64,000 nucleotides of DNA from an uncultured delta proteobacterium (lineage in GTDB: Bacteria; Desulfobacterota; Binatia; UBA9968): positions 408,835 to 472,834 of the forward strand of contig CAWDMI010000005.1 of NCBI GenBank assembly GCA_963803415.1, in the 5' to 3' direction. The notes beneath the pieces were generated by a model. That model was not told where the DNA came from. It searched no databases and saw only the letters and a program-made list of their open reading frames with translations. This document shows positions 58,211-64,000 of the stretch, piece after piece (the first letter of the stretch is position 1; the number at the start of each line of letters is the position of its first letter). The position numbers and the translations under genes are program-made.

Positions 58211-59284
58211 TTATTTACCGTCCTTTAAGAAAATGCCGTTAAAGAGCTTGATCAACTCCATCTGCCGTTCATCCCAGTCCGGGGAAGGGATCTGCATTTT
58301 TTTTCCTCGCAGGTCTGCCAGGTATCGCACGTCTTTTCTACTCACCCAACGTCCCTGCTGCGCCATAATCTCTTGCCCCTGTTGCGAAAGAAAAAAATCG
58401 ACAAACAACGCTGCCGCGTGAGGATGAGGAGCGCCCGCGGCGAGCGAGACAGTGGTCGGGGTTTTGACCGGAACAAAAAGCTCCGGAAATAGAAAATCGA
58501 CGGGCGCTTTAGCGTTCTTCAAGTCTTGCGACTCTTCGGGAAAGGCGTCGATCATGATGGGAAATTCTCCAGCTACCACAAGCTGTGACAACAACGACGT
58601 TCCGCGCCGCATCTGCAGGTCGAGCTTTGCCAGTGTCCTTGCGAATTCCACCCCCCGCTGCATACCATAGTAATCGATGAGTGACGCAAGCCAGTCATAA
58701 TCCGTTGACTCAAATCCCAATTTGCCTTGCCACCGAGGATCAACGAGATCGTCAATGGATTTAGGCGCCCGCGCCACCGGAACCATGCTCGTATTAATGA
58801 GAAAGACCCTCGGCTGTGCGTAAATGCTATTGACATATCCCTCCTTATCCGCAAACCCCTCGCCCAGGTAATCGCGCAGCGGTGTTCGATATCTCATCAC
58901 CGCGTTTTCCTTCACCATAACACCCACAAAGGAACGGCGCGTATTGATCACGTCGGCGCGATATTTCTTGTTTCGATGTTCGACGAGCAAAAGGTCCATC
59001 AGCCGGCTCGCACCCCCAGGCTGGAACTTCACCTTCAAGAAAGGATACTTCGCCTCAAAGGGCCGGATGAGCTCGGCGGCTCTCTCAACGTTCATCGCTC
59101 CATACCAAACCACTTGCGCTTCTTTGCGTGCCGCTTGTTCCAAAGCTTCCGCGCGCTCCCGGCTAGGCAAACGATTGATTGCCTCCAAACTCTCTTCGCC
59201 GGACTGTGCGTGGAGCGTGGCGCCAAAGAAACTGCCCAGCCACAGCAACCCAACGGCCATCCCGATTGCCGTCTTTCGCAGCAT
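58211..59284 (-). CDS. ABC transporter substrate-binding protein, family 1 (Fe3+-type), paralog 6
   Basis: A signal peptide is present with the signature GAPHPHAAALFVDFFLSQQGQE. It is the closest paralog of the 35879-36979 gene. Confidence 0.8.
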   Translation of the reverse strand: MLRKTAIGMAVGLLWLGSFFGATLHAQSGEESLEAINRLPSRERAEALEQAARKEAQVVWYGAMNVERAAELIRPFEAKYPFLKVKFQPGGASRLMDLLLVEHRNKKYRADVINTRRSFVGVMVKENAVMRYRTPLRDYLGEGFADKEGYVNSIYAQPRVFLINTSMVPVARAPKSIDDLVDPRWQGKLGFESTDYDWLASLIDYYGMQRGVEFARTLAKLDLQMRRGTSLLSQLVVAGEFPIMIDAFPEESQDLKNAKAPVDFLFPELFVPVKTPTTVSLAAGAPHPHAAALFVDFFLSQQGQEIMAQQGRWVSRKDVRYLADLRGKKMQIPSPDWDERQMELIKLFNGIFLKDGK

Positions 59285-59326
59285 TAGATTGTCCTCCTAT
59301 TTTGTCGCCGCACGGGAAGCGTCCGG

Positions 59327-60280
59327 TCAGTACTCGGGTTTGAACGCAAAGTGGTGCATGGTGTCCAAAACGCGGATGGTGTGGGTTTTGGAGCGCATAA
59401 CAATCGACTGGGTGGTGGCGCCGCCGGGAAAAAAGTGCACCCCTCTTAAGTAGTCGCCGTCCGTGACGCCAGTCGCCGCAAACATGACTTCTCCCGCGGC
59501 CAGTTCTTCGATGGAAAATTTTTTCCCGATGTCTTTGATTCCCATTTTTTGCGCGCGCTCGATTTCCTGCGGGTTTCTCGGCTTCAGACGGCCCTGCATA
59601 TCACCGCCGACGCAGCGCAGCGCTGCGGCCGCGAGCACTCCTTCCGGCGCTCCGCCGATACCAAACAGGATATCAATACCGGTTTCCGGCTTGGTCGTGG
59701 CGATCGCCGCCGACACGTCGCCGTCGCCGATGAGCTTGATCCGGGCGCCTGATTTGCGGACTTCCTTAATCAGGGCTTCATGGCGCGGGCGAGTGAGAAT
59801 AATTGCGGTCAAATCCTCCACTCCCACTCCCTTCGCTTGAGCCAGAGCTTTGAGGTTTTCCGTCGGGCTCTTGTCGAGGTCCACAGCACCCCTTCCGACG
59901 GCGCCGACGGCAATCTTATCCATGTAGGTGTCCGGGCAGTGCAAGAAATTGCCCCTTTCAGCAATCGCGATAACCGCCAACGCATTCGGGCCGCCGGTGG
60001 CGCAGATCGTTGTTCCCTCGAGCGGATCCAAAGCGATATCGACTTCCGGACCTTCGCCAGTCCCGACCTTTTCCCCGATATAAAGCATCGGCGCTTCGTC
60101 CCTCTCCCCTTCACCAATGACTACAGTGCCTTTGATGGCAAGGCCGTTAAAGGCGCGGCGCATGGCGTCCACCGCCGCCTGATCTGCCGCAGTCTCATCT
60201 CCTCTTCCCATGAGGCGAGCGCAGGAAAGCGCTGCTGCTTCGGTCACGCGGACCACTTCTAACGCAAGGTTTCGATCCAT
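59327..60280 (-). CDS. glpX: Class II fructose-1,6-bisphosphatase
   Basis: 317-aa ORF with GlpX-family conservation throughout (VVIGEGERDEAPMLYIGE..., DGDVSAAI). Confidence 0.9.
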   Translation of the reverse strand: MDRNLALEVVRVTEAAALSCARLMGRGDETAADQAAVDAMRRAFNGLAIKGTVVIGEGERDEAPMLYIGEKVGTGEGPEVDIALDPLEGTTICATGGPNALAVIAIAERGNFLHCPDTYMDKIAVGAVGRGAVDLDKSPTENLKALAQAKGVGVEDLTAIILTRPRHEALIKEVRKSGARIKLIGDGDVSAAIATTKPETGIDILFGIGGAPEGVLAAAALRCVGGDMQGRLKPRNPQEIERAQKMGIKDIGKKFSIEELAAGEVMFAATGVTDGDYLRGVHFFPGGATTQSIVMRSKTHTIRVLDTMHHFAFKPEY

Positions 60281-60496
60281 GTATGCCTCCTTCTGTCAGT
60301 ACTGATAGCATCCCCTCGCGCCATCAAAACCCGGCTCTTCGGACGACCGCAGATTGGTTTCGTCATCCTAACGCGAGGTCAACTTTTTCACCCCAACCGG
60401 CTCCAAAATATGGCAGGAGGTTTCACGCGTCAAGGGGATTGCAATTTTGTCCGCGCGGGATTGTCCGCGGGTGGAAAATAGCGGCAGAAAGCGACT

Positions 60497-62017
60497 TCAC
60501 CTTACGCGCGTTCCAGCACTGAGTTCCCCGTTCAAGCGTCGCGCCAGGATGCTATGGTGCCGGCTATACCTGAAATAGACGGCGAAGCCGAGCAGCAGCC
60601 AGACAATCAACCGCAACCAGTTTTCCCACGGTAGCGAGAACATCAACAGCAGGCAAAAGCCAATCCCAAGGATGGGCACCAGCGGCACCATCGGGCAGCG
60701 AAAAGGGCGCTCTGCTGCGGGATCGAGCCGGCGCATGATGAGCACGGCTGAGCAAACGAAGATGAATGCCAGTAAGGTACCCACATTGACTAATTCAGCG
60801 AGAATTCTCAGCGGCATGAGTGCCGCCATCACCCCCACTACCGTTCCCGTTAACACGGTCGATTTCCATGGTGTCCGGAAGCGGTGATGTACCGCCCCAA
60901 AAAAGCTTGCCGGCAGCAGTCCGTCGCGAGCCATGGCTAGCATAATCCGTGGCTGGCTGAGCAAGAGAACCATCAACACAGAAGTGATTCCCGTCAGCGC
61001 TCCGATTGAGATTAAGAAATGAGCCCAGGGAAGCCCGACCTGGCTAAACGCCTTCGCAATCGGCGCGTCGATGTCAATTTCATTGTACGGAACCATTCCC
61101 GTCAGCACGGCGGAAACGGCGATATAGAGAATCGTGCACAGGGTCAGCGAAGCAAGGATGCCGATAGGCACGTCTCGACTTGGATTGCGCGCCTCTTCGG
61201 CATGCGTCGAAACCGCATCAAAACCAATATAAGCGAAGAAGATGATCGCCGCGCCCGCGATGACTCCGACCGGTTCTCCTCCGGCTCCCGACTGTCCCAT
61301 GATAGTGCGCCCGAAGAAGCTGATGCCTGAATACCCGTAGGGGGCGAAGGGCTGCCAATTTTTTGCCTCTACGTAATGAACCCCAATCGCAATCACCAGC
61401 AGGACCACCGTTAATTTCACGGCGACCATGATGGCATTGAAGGTCGCGCTCCCTCGGATTCCAAACACCAGGACAGTAGTGATAGCGGCCGAAACTAGAA
61501 ATGCCGGCAGATCAATCATCGCCCCGGTCGAGACAATTTGCCCGATCGTGGGATCGAAGTCGAAGGGCGCGTTGGTAAAAGCGCCGGGTAGTTCGACGCC
61601 CAGGATCCGCAAGAAATCTGCGAAATAATGGGACCAGCCATGCGCAACGCTGGCCGCTCCGACCCCGTACTCAAGGATCAAGTCCCATCCAATCACCCAG
61701 GCATAGAGCTCTCCCAGAGTCGCGTACGCGTAGGTATACGCAGAGCCCGCGACCGGGACCATCGACGCAAATTCAGCGTAGCACAGAGCGGCAAACGCGC
61801 ACGCCGAGCCGGCGACCACAAACGACAGGATGATCGCCGCGCCGGCCTTGTCCCTGGCAACCAATCCGGTCACCACGAAGATGCCGGCGCCGAGGATCGC
61901 GCCAACGCCAAGGTTTGTGAGCTGCAAGGGGCCGAGCACTCGTCGCAAGCGGTGCCCGCCCTCCATTTCGTTGAGCAACAAGCTAACAGGTTTCTTTGCG
62001 AACAGTTGATTCGCCAT
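60497..62017 (-). CDS. APC-family amino-acid permease
   Basis: 506-aa ORF with 12-14 transmembrane segments and APC/CAT-like N-terminal motifs (LTNLGVGAILGAGIFVVTG). Confidence 0.85.
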   Translation of the reverse strand: MANQLFAKKPVSLLLNEMEGGHRLRRVLGPLQLTNLGVGAILGAGIFVVTGLVARDKAGAAIILSFVVAGSACAFAALCYAEFASMVPVAGSAYTYAYATLGELYAWVIGWDLILEYGVGAASVAHGWSHYFADFLRILGVELPGAFTNAPFDFDPTIGQIVSTGAMIDLPAFLVSAAITTVLVFGIRGSATFNAIMVAVKLTVVLLVIAIGVHYVEAKNWQPFAPYGYSGISFFGRTIMGQSGAGGEPVGVIAGAAIIFFAYIGFDAVSTHAEEARNPSRDVPIGILASLTLCTILYIAVSAVLTGMVPYNEIDIDAPIAKAFSQVGLPWAHFLISIGALTGITSVLMVLLLSQPRIMLAMARDGLLPASFFGAVHHRFRTPWKSTVLTGTVVGVMAALMPLRILAELVNVGTLLAFIFVCSAVLIMRRLDPAAERPFRCPMVPLVPILGIGFCLLLMFSLPWENWLRLIVWLLLGFAVYFRYSRHHSILARRLNGELSAGTRVR

Positions 62018-62102
62018 GCGGAGTTTCCTGATAGCTTAATAGTGCATTTTTTCCTCTCCTTTCAAGACAGGGATAAGCATGACCGAGGAGTTTCCCCGAT
62101 GC

Positions 62103-62207
62103 TCACGACCCAGGCAGCCATCCCATAACCCCTGCGATTACTATGAGAACTGTTCCACCCAAAACAAGATAGATACATAACTTAAACCAAACGGGCATGT
62201 CTTCCAT
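62103..62207 (-). CDS. 34-aa hydrophobic micro-protein upstream of the APC permease
   Basis: ATG with a near-ideal SD aggaggaaac. Translation gives MEDMPVWFKLCIYLVLGGTVLIVIAGVMGWLPGS, a single transmembrane helix. It is below the ORF-track size cut-off. Confidence 0.45.
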   Translation of the reverse strand: MEDMPVWFKLCIYLVLGGTVLIVIAGVMGWLPGS

Positions 62208-62294
62208 GTTTCCTCCTACTGGACCCATGCACACCAAGAGCTTATTTCTCTACAGCTTTAACTCTAAACGTCACGGGAAAACGATAGGACGGGA

Positions 62295-62627
62295 TCAGAT
62301 CAGATAGACACGGACGAGCTCGTGGATGTTTACAACTTTCGCAACACCGCCTAGTTGCACTGCCAGCCGTCCGAAAACCGCGCCGCAAACAAATTCGAAA
62401 ACGACGTCGCCGGGCCGTTCCCAGCATAGCGTAAAAAGCGTGCTTTTCGGATCATCAGCGGAGGTTTCCGTAAGCCACCACGAGCTGGCAACGGCAGTCT
62501 CATCCCCGTTTTGGTCGTTTGCGAGCCGGCCTCCAGACAAGGGTTGCATCAAAGGCTGGCACACTACCAAGAAGAGCCAGGGAGCGAACACAAACAGGGC
62601 TAGTATTTTCCCGCGCATCTCAGGCAT
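62295..62627 (-). CDS. Small secreted hypothetical protein
   Basis: Start at ATG 62627 (MPEMRGKILALFVFAPWLFLVVCQPL) with an SD ggagaaaag. A signal peptide is present. The ORF-track extension to 62867 is unsupported. Confidence 0.5.
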   Translation of the reverse strand: MPEMRGKILALFVFAPWLFLVVCQPLMQPLSGGRLANDQNGDETAVASSWWLTETSADDPKSTLFTLCWERPGDVVFEFVCGAVFGRLAVQLGGVAKVVNIHELVRVYLI

Positions 62628-62747
62628 CTTTTCTCCAAAAGTTTCCTCTGTCAAGTCATCCGCTTGGAGGAGTCGGGGGAATTCACAATCCTCAGCCAGT
62701 CCCAACATTGGCGCTACACAATCAATTATGGTACTCCGGGTGCATTT

Positions 62748-63956
62748 ATGAAAAATCAGGTCACACCCTGGAAAGTTCTTGCGGAAAGAAACTTTGGTCT
62801 TTTCTGGTCTAGTTTGTTGATTTCCAGTATCGGGACCCAGATCTCGCAAGTTACCATCGCCTGGCAAATCTACGAGATGACCAATTCCCCGCTCCAGCTC
62901 GGACTCACGGGTCTTTTTCGCGTGGTACCGCTCATGATCTTTTCCCTGACCGGGGGAGTGCTGGCAGATCGCGTGAACCGGCGCAAACTGATGATCATCA
63001 CCCAGGGCTCGGCGATGGTGTTTGCCTTGATTCTTGCGTTGCTGACAACTTCAGGTTACGTCCGCATCTGGCATATTTACGCGGTCACGTTTCTTACGAC
63101 GGCTGCAGGCAGCTTTGACAGTCCGGCGCGTAGCGCGCTGATCCCCAACCTCGTTCCGAGGGAATACCTGACCACCGCTTTCGCGCTCAACGTCACTTTG
63201 CGGCAAAGCGCCACGCTGATCGGGCCGTTTCTCGGAGGCCTCGTGATCGCCGGACTCGGCATCGCAGCCGCGTATTACATCAACGGCTTGAGCTTCCTTG
63301 CGGTAATCTTATCTCTGCTTCTTATGCGCGTGACTGAAACCCGACCCTCCACGCGCACGCAGCCCGCTCTTAAAAGCATGCGCGAGGGGTTGAGTTTCGT
63401 CCGTGAAAATCCCGGTATTTTGGGCCTCATGATCATGGACACTTGCGTGAATTTTTTTGGCGCCTACAGGTCGATGATGCCGGTGTTCGCGCGAGACCTG
63501 TTGGATCTGGGCCCCAGGGGCCTTGGGGTGCTTTTGGGGGCCCCGGCCTTGGGCGCTCTAGTCGGTTCGGCTTTTGCGATGATGGCCGGAAATCCAAAAA
63601 GCAAAGGCAGGATCGCCGTGATCGTGACGCTGACCTACTCCGCGGGCTTGATTCTCTTCGCCTTGTCCCGTTCTTTCGTGTTTTCGCTGCTGATCGCTTT
63701 TGCTCTAGGCGCGCTCGATGCCGTGGGCGAGACTCTGCGGATAACAATCGTTCAACTCGCGACTCCGGATCACTTGAGAGGCAGAGTGCAAAGCCTGGTC
63801 CATCTTTTTGCCACCGGCGGCCCCCATCTGGGACAGGTTCAGCTGGGGGCTACGGCGGCTCTCATGGGAGCGCCGAACGCGCTCTTGTCGGGCGGCGTCG
63901 CTGCGGCGATTATCATAAGCTCGCTCGCCGGAAAGGTTTCGCGACTAAAAGAATGA
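62748..63956 (+). CDS. MFS transporter
   Basis: Start at ATG (MKNQVTPWKVL...). The protein has 12 transmembrane segments and an MFS motif (GGVLADRVNRRK). Confidence 0.8.
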   Translation: MKNQVTPWKVLAERNFGLFWSSLLISSIGTQISQVTIAWQIYEMTNSPLQLGLTGLFRVVPLMIFSLTGGVLADRVNRRKLMIITQGSAMVFALILALLTTSGYVRIWHIYAVTFLTTAAGSFDSPARSALIPNLVPREYLTTAFALNVTLRQSATLIGPFLGGLVIAGLGIAAAYYINGLSFLAVILSLLLMRVTETRPSTRTQPALKSMREGLSFVRENPGILGLMIMDTCVNFFGAYRSMMPVFARDLLDLGPRGLGVLLGAPALGALVGSAFAMMAGNPKSKGRIAVIVTLTYSAGLILFALSRSFVFSLLIAFALGALDAVGETLRITIVQLATPDHLRGRVQSLVHLFATGGPHLGQVQLGATAALMGAPNALLSGGVAAAIIISSLAGKVSRLKE

Positions 63957-64000
63957 AGGGTCGCGCGCCTCGCTTGACCGGTCTCATCATCAGGTGAATT

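Noticed and set aside
1-64000. CRISPR arrays, rRNA and tRNA genes
   Set aside because: No regularly spaced direct repeats with unique spacers were seen. No rRNA-like conserved segments were present. No T-psi-C-like GGTTCGAATCC motifs were found in the intergenic regions inspected. A tRNA cannot be fully excluded without a scan.

Overview
This is a 64-kb, high-GC (~60%) bacterial chromosomal segment with strong GGAGG-type ribosome-binding sites, probably from an environmental metagenome-assembled contig. About 60 protein genes are packed densely, and most encode catabolic functions. There are no rRNA or tRNA genes and no CRISPR array. Ten periplasmic solute-binding-protein (SBP) genes are present: six family-1 Fe3+-type, three NMT1/SsuA-type and one TctC-type. 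Only one ABC permease is encoded and there is no ATPase gene. The enzyme genes include amidohydrolase-2 and amidohydrolase-3 proteins, LLM and Rieske oxygenases, a LigB extradiol dioxygenase, an aldo/keto reductase, VOC and cupin proteins, and a dienelactone hydrolase. A coherent acrylate/3-hydroxypropionate-to-propionyl-CoA-to-methylcitrate module is present at 40.5-51 kb: a fused CoA-transferase III, an AcuI/YhdH reductase, two tandem enoyl-CoA hydratases, and prpC-prpD-prpB. An IS200-like RAYT transposase with an adjacent REP-like hairpin interrupts this module. A lower-GC islet at 11.5-14.5 kb carries a frameshifted lexA, a divergent small gene with a palindromic operator, a Phd/YefM-RelE/ParE toxin-antitoxin pair and a DUF2141 protein. 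The most notable finding is a UGSC-family selenoprotein gene on the minus strand at 57579-58145. It has an in-frame TGA (Sec) codon followed by a bacterial SECIS-like hairpin, and the ORF track splits it into two pieces. Other findings worth a second look are an unannotated two-gene operon (a hypothetical protein with a possible SLOG/N-deoxyribosyltransferase-like N-terminal domain plus a SAM methyltransferase) behind a 23-bp perfect palindrome, an oadG-oadB pair lacking oadA, and three genes broken by single-nucleotide frameshifts (lexA, an amidohydrolase-3, and tctC). Other items include a secreted Pro/Tyr-rich TPR protein, a LemA-DUF2207 pair, glpX, msrA, an APC permease preceded by a 34-aa hydrophobic micro-ORF, and an MFS transporter.
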